DNA of 64,000 nt from an uncultured Clostridia bacterium (lineage in GTDB: Bacteria; Bacillota; Clostridia; TANB77; CAG-508). Location of the stretch: assembly GCA_947590905.1 (NCBI GenBank), contig CANQCU010000007.1, positions 1,067-65,066 on the forward strand, read 5' to 3'. The position numbers were made by a program, and so were the translations under genes. Positions 10,460 through 20,668 of the stretch are shown piece by piece (position 1 is the first letter of the stretch; each line of letters begins with the position of its first letter). The notes beneath the pieces were generated by a model, which saw only the letters and a program-made list of their open reading frames with translations, did no database searches and was not told where the DNA came from.

Positions 10460-11607
10460 CTATACATCATCCCACTATTAGTTATTTTTATAACAAGAGT
10501 AAGTCCTATTATCAGCATTACAGAAATTGAACAAAGTATTCCTAAAAATACTTTGAATGTATCTCCTATTTGTTCTAAAACTGATACTATTTTTTTATCT
10601 GCAATAGTTTCACTTAAAGCTGCTGTCAAATTAAAGGATATTGCCATAATTGCAAGTTTTATTATTGGTGCAATAGAAATCGAAAGTACAACAAATATTC
10701 CGAAGCATACCAACTGCATTTTTTAGTATATTGCTACAACCTAAAACAGCATCTACTGTTTCTCCTAAGATTTTTCCAACAACTGGTATAGCAGAAGTTA
10801 CAACTGCTTTTGTCGTTTTTATTGTTATTCCGATCTACACTACTTGTTAAGCTTCCTTCGAGTGATAAAATTCCGAACAAATATTGTAAGTAGAATTCCA
10901 AGAGTCCATACTACACTAGATTTAAAAAATTTAGATAGTTTATTTATTTGTATCTTATCTGATATCTTTGATATTATTCCTAATAGTGTGCCTACTAAAA
11001 TTAATGGTAGAAATACTGATGAAATTATATTTCCTATAAATGTTATTGCAATTAATAAAATTGGTTCTACTGTTGATGCTGTCACCAAATTTCCAGTTGA
11101 TACCATTAATGCAATTAGAATTGGCAGTAGTGAATTTAAAAAGCCAACCAGATTATTTATTGTTTCTTTTATAAGCAAAATTACTTCTGAAAAATTGCCC
11201 ATTACAAGTGTAACTATTAATATGTATTGCACATAGTAGGTTATTTGTCCTATTTGATTGTTTTCCAGACCTTCACTTATATTTTTTACTATGCTATGTA
11301 TTATGATGATTACTAAAATATATCCGAGTGTCCTAATTATATATATTGTTTCTTTTCCTGCTATTTTAAGTATTCCTTTTAATATTCCATTTTTATCTAT
11401 TTTCCCTGTTAATGCACTTCTATAAAAAGAATCTAAGTCTATATCTTCAAAGCTTTCTTGTGTATATTTTTTTGATTCTTTGATAAATGAAGATATTCCA
11501 AGTGTCTCTTCTTGCTCTTGTAGGATTTCATTTGTACTTTCTCCATATACTAAGTTATTATGACACAGTAGTAAAAGAAAAAGTATTATGAATATTATTT
11601 TTTTCAT
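10456..11607 (-). CDS. spoIIIAE: Stage III sporulation protein AE (382 aa after three +1 shifts at 10873, 10830, 10700)
   Basis: Joined reading LTIFV-G-ILSLEGSLTSSVD-G-ITIKTTKAVVTSAIPVVGKILGETVDAVLGCSNILKNAVGML-G-IFVVL. Confidence 0.9.
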
Positions 11608-11622
11608 AAGTTCCTCTTTTCT

Positions 11623-12009
11623 TTAAGGTAGAATTTTTAGTATAGTTTCTAGCATAGAAGAAATTATTGGAATAGACATAGATATTATTAAAACTTTTCC
11701 ACCTAAATCTACCTTTGCACCTATTGCATTTTCTCCGGCATCTTTACATATATTGACTGCAAATTCTGTCAAAAATGCAATTCCTGTAATTTTCATTAGT
11801 ATTTTTAAAAATTCTTCGCCTCCGTTTATTTTGTTTGATAAATTCATAAGTAATTCTACAATTCCTGAAAGTTTGTCCATAACTGATAAAAGAATAAGAG
11901 CACTTACGATAAGTGAAATATATATTGCAAATTCAGGTTTATATTGTTTTATAACTATCATGATTACAACCGCAGAAATTGCTATTCCTACAATTTTTAT
12001 TATTTCCAT
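11623..12009 (-). CDS. spoIIIAD: Stage III sporulation protein AD
   Basis: KQYKPEFA, ICKDAGE, GGKVLI motifs; synteny. Confidence 0.93.
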   Translation of the reverse strand: MEIIKIVGIAISAVVIMIVIKQYKPEFAIYISLIVSALILLSVMDKLSGIVELLMNLSNKINGGEEFLKILMKITGIAFLTEFAVNICKDAGENAIGAKVDLGGKVLIISMSIPIISSMLETILKILP

Positions 12010-12099
12010 ATATTCTTCTTCCTTTCAGGTATAAGACTCAAAATTTAACTTTTAAATAATCTTGGAAGATGATTATATCTTTTTAAATGCATTAAAGTC

Positions 12100-12294
12100 T
12101 TACAAATTAAATATTGTTCGTACTGTGTTAAATAAAGTGCTTATTTCTTGTATCACCATTGTAAGTACAATTACAAGTCCTGCAAGAGTCGTCATCATAG
12201 CTTGATCTTCTCTTCCTGCTCTAACTAATACTTGATGTAAGACAGCTACTAAAATTCCTATTGCAGCTATTTTAAATAGTAAATCAATATCCAA
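12100..12294 (-). CDS. spoIIIAC: Stage III sporulation protein AC
   Basis: DIDLLFKIAAIGILVAVLHQVLVRAGREDQA; TTG start chosen after GGAGG. Confidence 0.93.
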   Translation of the reverse strand: MDIDLLFKIAAIGILVAVLHQVLVRAGREDQAMMTTLAGLVIVLTMVIQEISTLFNTVRTIFNL

Positions 12295-12320
12295 AGCATT
12301 TTCCTCCAACTTTATTTTGT

Positions 12321-12472
12321 TTTACGATATGTAATAATTTATTTATATTATCTTTGCAGTCGCAACTTCCATATCTAAAAGTTTATATGTAAGTTGCTCC
12401 ATATCGCACTTCGCTTACGCTACGTTTGATCGCTTACGCAGATAATCTAAATAAATTATTACATATCGTAAA
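12321..12472. repeat. Family A element, copy 1: conserved core inside 33-bp inverted arms
   Basis: Arms 12321-12353 and 12440-12472 (1 mismatch); core ttgcagtcgcaac...gttgctccatatcgcacttcgcttacgctacgtttgatcgcttacgc. Confidence 0.85.
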
Positions 12473-12487
12473 TTATAATATTATTAT

Positions 12488-12997
12488 TTAGATAAATATT
12501 ATAACCATAACAATTCCTAAGATAATCCCCAAATTTCTATATAACTTTTCGTTTTTCCTTTGCTCTTCTTCTGCTTTTTGAATTTGCATATCAACAAATT
12601 TTTTACTTAAATTTATTTCACTAAGTTGTCCTTCTACATTTGTTTTTCCTAGTAATTTTTCTAGGTTTCTTAATATTTCTAAATCTTCTTTGTTTAAATA
12701 TGTTTCAGATTTATTTATCCCATACTCTAAAGCTTCTGATGCTGATGATGTTTTCATTTTTTCTTTTGAAATTGCAAAAATTTGAGAGATTCCATAATCA
12801 AATTCTCTAGATAAATCTTCAAAAATTTTTGGAAGAGGTTCATAAGTATATTTTATTTTGGTCTCTAAGACGTTTAAAACGTTTCTAAGCAATTTTAAGT
12901 CTCTTACCCTAAACTTATATCTATTTGCTATTACAAACCCTAAAATTGACGTTATAGCAAAAATTAATGTTAGTATTATGTATTTTATAAATATCAT
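12488..12997 (-). CDS. spoIIIAB: Stage III sporulation protein AB
   Basis: LETKIKYTYEPL, LGKTNVEGQ, KNEKLYRNLG. Confidence 0.92.
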   Translation of the reverse strand: MIFIKYIILTLIFAITSILGFVIANRYKFRVRDLKLLRNVLNVLETKIKYTYEPLPKIFEDLSREFDYGISQIFAISKEKMKTSSASEALEYGINKSETYLNKEDLEILRNLEKLLGKTNVEGQLSEINLSKKFVDMQIQKAEEEQRKNEKLYRNLGIILGIVMVIIFI

Positions 12998-13133
12998 AGT
13001 TTATCCTTTGATTTTATTTCATGTAATATATATATTCCTAATTTCTATTTTTAGAACTATTAATTAAAAATAAAATTTTCAGTTTTTTAAATTAAATGGA
13101 ATTTCAAATGATAATTTACAAATTTTCGAAACA

Positions 13134-13162
13134 TTGACATTATGTAAATTTTGTGGTATTAT
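13134..13162 (+). promoter_or_regulatory. sigmaA promoter of the inserted orphan gene
   Basis: TTGACA-ttatgtaaattttgtgg-TATTAT. Confidence 0.65.
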
Positions 13163-13193
13163 AAAATTGATTCTATTGAAAGGAGGATCTCTG

Positions 13194-13460
13194 ATGAAGA
13201 TCCTGGTAGATGAAAAAGCTCTTTCCAAATGGAAGGAGCGGTTCGGCGATATGGTGGAGGATGCAATCAATCTTGGCCAAAAGATCTTCTCTCAGTATGA
13301 GGATGATCCTGACGCTGAGTTTATGATTGTGCTTTCCAACGAAAGGGATAAGTATATGTCTTATCCGGAGGCAAAGCTTTTCGTTTCGTACAGACCGCTC
13401 AGCTTTACCCGTGAGGGAACGCCGGTTATACCGGCCATCTTCTTCAAAATCGTCGAATAA
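13194..13460 (+). CDS. Hypothetical protein (GC-richer orphan) inserted antisense in the spoIIIA operon; in-frame CGG at 13239
   Basis: AGGAGG RBS, ATG at 13194, own promoter and terminator. Confidence 0.6.
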   Translation: MKILVDEKALSKWKERFGDMVEDAINLGQKIFSQYEDDPDAEFMIVLSNERDKYMSYPEAKLFVSYRPLSFTREGTPVIPAIFFKIVE

Positions 13461-13463
13461 CCC

Positions 13464-13509
13464 AAAAGGCCAGGCAGAGTTGACTATAAACTTTGCCTGT
13501 GCTTTTTTT
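13464..13509 (+). terminator. Intrinsic terminator
   Basis: caggcagagtt...aactttgcctg followed by a T-tract. Confidence 0.7.
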
Positions 13510-13583
13510 ATTGTATAGGAAAAATCAGCTTTTATCTTGAACCTATTTAAGATTTTTCCGTATACAACAAGGTTAAGCTACTT

Positions 13584-14479
13584 TTATTCGCAATATACTT
13601 TATATACTTTTCCTTTTTCTTTACTATCTAGAAAAATTATTTTATTAAATAATTTAAGATTTAACATTTTCTTCATTACTGGATTTACTTTCAACTCTTC
13701 TAATGCATCTCCATGTGCTGTAAATATTCCTTTTACACCTGAACACAATGCATAATTTATTGCTGATATATCTTCTATGTTACCTATTTCATCAGACACT
13801 ATAACTTTTGGTGACATACTTCTAATTAACATTTCCATACCTATACTTTTTTTAACATTATTTAACACATCTGTTCTAATTCCTAAATCATTCCATGATA
13901 TTCCTTTATCCATAGCCGAAATTTCTCCTCTTTCATCAACAACTCCAACCGTAATACCGATTAAATCCATATTCCTCTACTCCATTACTTATATTTTTTA
14001 CTAAATCTCTTAAAATAGTTGTTTTACCTGTTCCTGGTCTTCCTACAATTAGAGTATTGTATATACTATTATTTTCTATATCTACTATATACTCTAATAT
14101 TTCTTTAGAAGCCCCTTTAACTTCTCTTGATATTCTAAAATTTAGACTAGAAATATATGCTATGTTTTTTACTTTTCCATCTTCAAAAACTACATCTCCT
14201 GTAATTCCTACCCTGTGTCCACCTTGCACTGTTATAAAACCGATTGCAAATTTGATTTTGGTATGTATATATAGAATTATCACATAATATTTGCAGAATT
14301 CTTAGTATTTCTTCTGAATTTATGTTGTATGGGATTATTATTTCTTCATTAGAACATTTTAAAATTATGGGTTTATTGACTCTTAATCGTATTTCTTCTA
14401 GATTTTGAAAATTACTATTTATACTTTCAGAAATAAATTTTGATATATTATTTGGAAAAAAATTTAAAATTGATGTCAT
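13584..14479 (-). CDS. spoIIIAA: Stage III sporulation protein AA (297 aa after two +1 shifts at CGGT 14240 and 13957)
   Basis: EEIRLR, QICN-G-FITVQGGHRVG, GRPGTGKTT, FN-G-ITVGVVDERGEI, RSMSPKVIVSDEIG. Confidence 0.92.
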
Positions 14480-14768
14480 AAAAATTCCTTCTTCTTTTGT
14501 TTTATTAAAAAAATAAAAGCTGAATTAGAATGTAAAATTCAGTATATTTTGCTTCTTATACATATTATATTAGGTTGTAGCATAATTTAGAACTAAATTT
14601 TATAAATAGTTTTAGAATAGAACAAAATTTCTTAGCACTCTTTGTTCTTGCCAATTTTAGTTTCTAACTAAAACGGAAAATCTTAAAGAGTGAGTTTAGC
14701 ATTTTAATTTACTAGAAAATTAAAAAGATAGTGCCTCTTGCAGAGGCACTATCTCAAGCAAGGACTAA

Positions 14769-15203
14769 CTATTTCGCCACTTCAATTATTTTCTCGGTGA
14801 TGCCAAAATCAAGCAGAATTTTAGGAATTGTATGGAACCAAAAATTATCCGGATTGAGACTTTCTTCGACTTCTACCTTATACTCTTTTGCTTTTTCAAG
14901 TTCTTCTGATAAGGCATTATGGTTTTTAAGAAAAGTTTCTGCTTTTTGAACCACATCATCTTCATCAGATAAGTCTCTAAAATCCTTTATGCTTTCGTCA
15001 ATCTGCATCTGAATCGATTGAATTCTTTGATCTGCCAACTCCAAATCTTCCGGCGTCTTGGATAAAACGCTTTGATATCCAAGTGCTCCTATAATTACGA
15101 TTGCTCCTGTAAGAAGTGTGCAATCAACTATTGTTTTATGAAATCTTTTAAATGGTTTCATAAAGCAACAGATCAAAAGCACAATGAATATAACTGTTGC
15201 CAT
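14769..15203 (-). CDS. Hypothetical membrane/coiled-coil protein, tandem paralog 1
   Basis: Two N-terminal hydrophobic segments; shares TPxDLE and DNFWxHTxPKILLDFGIxExxIE with 15466..15906. Confidence 0.75.
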   Translation of the reverse strand: MATVIFIVLLICCFMKPFKRFHKTIVDCTLLTGAIVIIGALGYQSVLSKTPEDLELADQRIQSIQMQIDESIKDFRDLSDEDDVVQKAETFLKNHNALSEELEKAKEYKVEVEESLNPDNFWFHTIPKILLDFGITEKIIEVAK

Positions 15204-15381
15204 TGCTTTCCCCTCCTAAAAATTACTTTTATTGATGTATTTTTTGTATGATAAAACCAAAAAGTAAGGAGGAATATCCCATAATTCCTCTTCACTATTT
15301 AGTGAAATGTAATTGGGATATAACTAAAAAATATTTAATTATATCAGTCTATATTATACGCTCATATACATAACATGTCAA
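15204..15381 (-). promoter_or_regulatory. sigmaA promoter plus conserved ~140-nt structured 5' leader (family C)
   Basis: TTGACA-17-TATAAT at 15381..15353; leader nearly identical to 15907..16043. Confidence 0.7.
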
Positions 15382-15465
15382 TTAACGTATTCTTATTAGG
15401 ATGGTTTTAAAATATATAAAGGCTGGCACCCTTTCTATAAGGATGCCAGCTTCGCGTAGGTACTG

Positions 15466-15906
15466 TTATTTTCCCGCCTCGATTACTCTTTCGATGATGC
15501 CGAAGTCAAGCAAAATTTTAGGTAAGGTATGAGACCAAAAGTTATCCGTATCAAGCCTTTTTTCTATGGCTTGCTTCTGCTTGTATGTTTGTTTAAGTTC
15601 TTCTGTTAGACTCATATACTCTTCGATATAATTTTCTGAGTTTTGAGATTCAACAGTGCTTCCAGTAAACGAATTTTTTATGTTGCTTCTCAAATCGTCT
15701 ATCTTTATCTCGAGGGATTGAATGTTTTGCTCGGTGGCCTCCAAATCGGCGGGTGTAGTAGTAAGATTCTTATAATAAGCAACTCCTACTACCATAATAA
15801 CCAATGCAGTAAAAAACGAAATGGTTTTTGCCAATTCATGCGTTTCTTTACTGGTTGATTTTCTAGTGAATACCCAAAATGAGAATAAAAATAACAGTGT
15901 TACCAT
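15466..15906 (-). CDS. Hypothetical membrane/coiled-coil protein, tandem paralog 2
   Basis: ATG at 15906 after AGGAGG; homologous to 14769..15203. Confidence 0.75.
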   Translation of the reverse strand: MVTLLFLFSFWVFTRKSTSKETHELAKTISFFTALVIMVVGVAYYKNLTTTPADLEATEQNIQSLEIKIDDLRSNIKNSFTGSTVESQNSENYIEEYMSLTEELKQTYKQKQAIEKRLDTDNFWSHTLPKILLDFGIIERVIEAGK

Positions 15907-16078
15907 TGCTTTTCCTCCTAAATTACTTTTATTGATGAATTTTTTATATGATAAAACCAAAAAGCAAGGAGGAATATCCCGTAATTCCTCTTCACTATTT
16001 AGTGAAATGTAATTGGGATATAACTAAAATATTTAATTATATCAATTATATTATAGCATAATTTACATAATGCGTCAA
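15907..16078 (-). promoter_or_regulatory. sigmaA promoter plus conserved structured 5' leader (family C)
   Basis: TTGACG-cattatgtaaattatgc-TATAAT; duplicated leader. Confidence 0.7.
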
Positions 16079-16256
16079 ATTGAATACTTTTATCTTTTGG
16101 GTTTATAATAATTAACTTTTAACTTGACGATTTATAATTTTTTATTACTTTATTTAAGTGTTAATATAAATTTTGTCAATAAAAGCAAAATAAACCTAAA
16201 TCATTAGACAAGAGTTTAATAATTTAGGTTTATTAAATTTAAAATTTTGTTATATA

Positions 16257-16982
16257 TTATTCATTCCAGTTATGGAAAACTTCAGAAACATCATCTAAGT
16301 CATCAAGTTTTTCAATCAATCTTTCCATTTTTTCTGCACCTTTTTCATCCAAATCAACATATGTTGTAGGTACCATTTCTATTGCAGCTTCTGCAAATGT
16401 TAAGCCTTTTGCTTCTAGATTATCTCTTACTGTAGAAAAATCATCTGGTGAAGTTGTAATTTCATAATATTCTTCTTCTGCTGAGAAATCTTCTGCTCCA
16501 CATTCTAGTGCAAGCATCATTATATCATCTTCTGACATTGATGTACTTTCTTTTTCTATTACAATTACACCTTTTCTATTAAACATATATGATACGCAAC
16601 CTGTTGTTCCTAAGCTTCCTCCTGATCTATCAAATACATATCTTATGTCTGCTGCTGTTCTATTTCTATTATTTGTTGTTGCGTTTACAATTATTGCCAC
16701 TCCATTTGGTCCATAGCCTTCATATGTAACTTCTTCGTAAGTTTCATCATTTCCGGCTCCAGATGCCCTCTTTATTGCACTATTAATTGTATCATTTGGC
16801 ATATTTGCAGCTTTACATTTAGCTATAACGTCTTTTAACTTTGAATTTCCAGCAGGATCAGGTCCTCCTTGCTTTACTGCTATTAATAATTCTCTACCAA
16901 GTTTTGTAAATATTTTTCCACGAGCTGCATCTGCTTTTCCTTTTTTAGCTTGGATGTTATGCCATTTACTGTGTCCTGACAT
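16257..16982 (-). CDS. YebC/PmpR family protein
   Basis: MSGHSKWHNIQ, YEGYGPNG, DDLDDVSEVFHN. Confidence 0.96.
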   Translation of the reverse strand: MSGHSKWHNIQAKKGKADAARGKIFTKLGRELLIAVKQGGPDPAGNSKLKDVIAKCKAANMPNDTINSAIKRASGAGNDETYEEVTYEGYGPNGVAIIVNATTNNRNRTAADIRYVFDRSGGSLGTTGCVSYMFNRKGVIVIEKESTSMSEDDIMMLALECGAEDFSAEEEYYEITTSPDDFSTVRDNLEAKGLTFAEAAIEMVPTTYVDLDEKGAEKMERLIEKLDDLDDVSEVFHNWNE

Positions 16983-17142
16983 GGTTAATTCCTCCTTTAA
17001 TTTTTACTTATGTGTGTATTAAATACACTTACTTTAATATTTTAACATACTTTGTTTAATTTGTGTAGTATTTTTGTTAATTTTATTTTAATTTGATCTA
17101 TCTCCCCATTAAAAATTTAGTAATTTATATAATACTTTATTG

Positions 17143-17895
17143 CTATTTATTATTCTTTCCTTCTATTTTTTGATTAATCATATTTGCAATGTAACCTGCA
17201 CCATAGCCATTATCAATATTTACAGTACTTACTCCATTACTACAAGAATTTAACATGCTTAAAAGGGCTGCTAATCCGTTAAAACTTGCACCGTATCCAC
17301 ATGATGTTGGTACCGCTATAACTGGTGATTTCACCATTCCAGATACCACAGATGCAAGTGCCCCTTCCATTCCCGCAATTGCTATAATACAGTTTGCTCT
17401 ATCTAAGCTTTTTCTTTGTGATAATATTCTATCAATTCCTGCAACTCCTACATCATAGATTCTTTCTACTTTACTTCCAAAGAATTCTGCAGTCTGAGCT
17501 GCTTCTTCAGCAACTGGAATATCTGATGTTCCTCCTGTGCAAATCACAATGTTCCCCACTTTTTCTTTTGGCTTTTCTATTTTAAGTATTCTGGAAATAC
17601 TATCATAAGTTACTTGTGGTAAATCTTTTTTTACTAATTCATATTGATTTTTCGAAGCTCTCGTACCAAGGACTTCACCATTTTCTTTATATATGGACAT
17701 ATATATTTTAGCTAAATATTCATCTGGCTTTCCTTGGCAAAATACTACCTCACTTACTCCAACTCTTTCTTTTCTGTTATGGTCTATTTTCGCGTAACCT
17801 AAATCTTCATACTGATTTTTATTTATTTCTTTTTCTGCATCTTCAATTGAGATTTCTTGATTTTTAAGTTTTTCTAATATTTCTTTAATTTCCAT
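17143..17895 (-). CDS. larB: Nickel pincer cofactor biosynthesis protein LarB
   Basis: GTSDIPVAEEA, DVGVAGI, AGMEGAL, VNIDNGYGA. Confidence 0.92.
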   Translation of the reverse strand: MEIKEILEKLKNQEISIEDAEKEINKNQYEDLGYAKIDHNRKERVGVSEVVFCQGKPDEYLAKIYMSIYKENGEVLGTRASKNQYELVKKDLPQVTYDSISRILKIEKPKEKVGNIVICTGGTSDIPVAEEAAQTAEFFGSKVERIYDVGVAGIDRILSQRKSLDRANCIIAIAGMEGALASVVSGMVKSPVIAVPTSCGYGASFNGLAALLSMLNSCSNGVSTVNIDNGYGAGYIANMINQKIEGKNNK

Positions 17896-17985
17896 TAAGG
17901 CCTTCTCTCTCCTATTTTCTACATATTAAGTTTTTATTTAGAGATAAATTTTTTAGAATCTATCTTATCATTCATACTTTATCTC

Positions 17986-19173
17986 TTACATATTTATTTC
18001 TTTGTATAATTCTTTAAGTGGAACATTACATTTTTCAGCTATTTCTTTTATGCTTTCATATTCTGGATATATATATTCTTCATTATCATTTTTTACTTTC
18101 TTTGCCTTTATCTTTCCATATTTCGTATCTAGCTCAATAATTTCTCTTGGAAGCTCTATTCTATCTTCAAAATGATACCTTATTCCTATTGTTGTTGTTT
18201 CTCTAAAAATTATATTTTGAAGAATATGAATATTTTCTGGTTTGGCACAAACAGTTAGTTTATATGCTGGTCTATTCTTTTTCATATATATTGGTGTATA
18301 AAAAGCATCTAATGCTCCATTTAAAAGTAGCTTTTCTATTGTATATCCAAGAATTTCACCGTTTGAATCATCTATATTGGTTTCCATCACTAAAATGGAA
18401 TTATCTCTTTTATCTTTAGAATTTTCTAACATATTATCTTCTATTTCACCATAATATACTTTTAAGACATTAGGAATTTTTAAATCCTTATATCCAGCTC
18501 CCCAACCTATTTTTTCTACATTTATCATAGGAAGTGGAATGAACTCTTCGGCAAGTGTTGCAATTATTGCAGCTCCTGTTGGAGTTACAAGCTCTGTATC
18601 TTCATCTATTTGCCTAAACTTAACATTTGAAGATGCAAATATTTCACTTGTTGCAGGAACTGGAACCGACATTGTCCCATGTGCACATTCTATAAAGCCA
18701 TGTCCATCATTTACAATGCTTGAAATTATTTTATCAGGCCTTATTCTATTAATAAGTATTGCTGTGCCAACAATATCTATAATAGAGTCTATTGCTCCAA
18801 CTTCATGAAAATGTATTTCATCTATACTTTTTCCATGTACTTTTGATTCTGCTTCTGCAACTTTTAAAAATATCTTTTTAGATAGATTTTTTGTATCTTC
18901 TTCTAGATTACTTTCATCAATTATCTTATATATTTCATGCAAATTTCTGTGTTCATGATTATGGCTATGATGATGCTCATGTAAAATAACATCTACATAC
19001 GTTGCTGTAATTCCATTTTTTACCTTCTTTGATATTTCGATATTATATCCATCTACATTTAGCTTTTTTAATTCTTCTAATAAATACTCTTTATCTTCTG
19101 TTATTTCTAACAAACTTCCAAGTGTCATATTTCCACTTATTCCACTTGAAGTATCAAAATACAATACTTTCAA
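17986..19173 (-). CDS. larC: Nickel pincer cofactor biosynthesis protein LarC
   Basis: SGISGNM, His-rich segment, HFHEVGAIDSI, ETNIDD, MKKNRP, PEYE. Confidence 0.93.
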   Translation of the reverse strand: MKVLYFDTSSGISGNMTLGSLLEITEDKEYLLEELKKLNVDGYNIEISKKVKNGITATYVDVILHEHHHSHNHEHRNLHEIYKIIDESNLEEDTKNLSKKIFLKVAEAESKVHGKSIDEIHFHEVGAIDSIIDIVGTAILINRIRPDKIISSIVNDGHGFIECAHGTMSVPVPATSEIFASSNVKFRQIDEDTELVTPTGAAIIATLAEEFIPLPMINVEKIGWGAGYKDLKIPNVLKVYYGEIEDNMLENSKDKRDNSILVMETNIDDSNGEILGYTIEKLLLNGALDAFYTPIYMKKNRPAYKLTVCAKPENIHILQNIIFRETTTIGIRYHFEDRIELPREIIELDTKYGKIKAKKVKNDNEEYIYPEYESIKEIAEKCNVPLKELYKEINM

Positions 19174-19331
19174 ATTTATTCCTCCTCTTAAAAACATAAT
19201 AATCATATCATAAAATGGAGAAAAATAAAATATTAAAAGATAAATTTAATTAGCTACTAAACATTGAAGCTAATTAGTCAATTAAATTAGCTTTATAATA
19301 AGCCAAACAAAAAAGTTTGGCTCTGTTCTTA

Positions 19332-19790
19332 TTATCTATTCAAAATATATATTGAAAAATTTAGGTATGTTGCAAATAATAACCATAAAATATAAGGTAT
19401 TTGCAAAAGTCCTGCTAGTTTATCTTTTGAATAAAAATCCATAATCATCTTTATTACTAAGGCATCTAAAACTAATATCCAAATAAATGCAAGAAATCTT
19501 AAATCAAATACGAAAAATATAATTGGCCAGAGTAAATTTACTATAAGTTGAGAATAATATAAAATAGATGTCTCTTTTGTAAGCAAATCTTTTGTTTTTA
19601 ATCTTCCATAAGATACTCCCATTAATATGTAAAGAATAGTCCAAACTATTGGAAACAATATTCCTGGTGGTGCAAGTTCTGGTTTTATTAGTTCGTTATA
19701 ATCCATAAACCCAGAAATAATTATGCTAACTATTCCTCCTAATATTAATGGTAGTGCAATTGATTTTATGTAAATTTTTACATTTTCCAT
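19332..19790 (-). CDS. tspO: TspO/MBR family membrane protein
   Basis: KPELAPPGILFPIVWTILYILMG, NLLWPIIFF, PYILWLLFATYLN. Confidence 0.9.
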   Translation of the reverse strand: MENVKIYIKSIALPLILGGIVSIIISGFMDYNELIKPELAPPGILFPIVWTILYILMGVSYGRLKTKDLLTKETSILYYSQLIVNLLWPIIFFVFDLRFLAFIWILVLDALVIKMIMDFYSKDKLAGLLQIPYILWLLFATYLNFSIYILNR

Positions 19791-19995
19791 AAAAACCTCC
19801 ATAACTCTTTTATTTTGTTTATACATGTATATGCTCAATTAATAAATTTTTGCCTATATTTTAATTGTTAAATTTTGCCAATGTTTTATTTAATTTTTCT
19901 TTTACATATTTTCGTTACTTTTTTGTATAAATATGCATTAATATTTTTTTATTTTTAGCAAATACTATTTTTATGCGAAATTTGTTTTCACATTT

Positions 19996-20448
19996 ATGGA
20001 GGTTTCTATGGAAAGTAAGAATGAAAATTTAAATATATTAGATGAAGTAAACAAAGGTGCTACAATGGGAATGGATGCAATATCTTACGTTAATGAAAAA
20101 GCAAGTGATAATGATTTTAAAAAAGTTCTTGATACAGAATATAACAAATATCAAAAAATTTCTGAAAGAGTAAATAATCTTTATGATAAATATTCTGATA
20201 AAGAACCTCATGAAACAAATGCCATGAATAAGATGATGACATGGTATGGAATACAAATGAGAACAATGATGGATGATACTACTTCAAAATTATCTGAACT
20301 TTTAATGCAAGGAACTAACATGGGAATTATTGAAGGAAGAAGATTATTAAATGAGCATCAAGATGCTGCACCTGACGTAAAAAATATATTAAATGACTTT
20401 GTTGTAATGCAAGAGGATAGCGTTGAAACTTTGAAAAAATATTTGTAG
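19996..20448 (+). CDS. Conserved helical hypothetical protein (ferritin-like, possibly spore-associated)
   Basis: 150-aa ORF with KGATMGMDAI and SELLMQGTNMGI; true start may be ATG at 20008. Confidence 0.7.
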   Translation: MEVSMESKNENLNILDEVNKGATMGMDAISYVNEKASDNDFKKVLDTEYNKYQKISERVNNLYDKYSDKEPHETNAMNKMMTWYGIQMRTMMDDTTSKLSELLMQGTNMGIIEGRRLLNEHQDAAPDVKNILNDFVVMQEDSVETLKKYL

Positions 20449-20508
20449 TAAATTTTTTCAAAAGGTTATATTGGTAAATGATTATAATAAATTAATTTAA
20501 TAATTATA

Positions 20509-20614
20509 GGAGATTAATATATAGTTTTTCTCAAGAAAATTTGTCAGGTTTTAGGGTAATCCGTAAGCAGCAGGCTTGACAAACTTTTCTTTCGAAAAAT
20601 ATATATTAATCTCC
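20509..20614. repeat. Long imperfect inverted repeat between convergent genes
   Basis: ggagattaatatata...ttgtca / tgacaa...tatatattaatctcc. Confidence 0.7.
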
Positions 20615-20668
20615 GTGTCTTTTTATTTAAATATATAATCTCAAAATTGCTCTGAAATAAAGCTTTTA

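Noticed and set aside
17986-19173. Programmed frameshift in larC, as known in Lactiplantibacillus plantarum
   Set aside because: larC is a single continuous ORF here.
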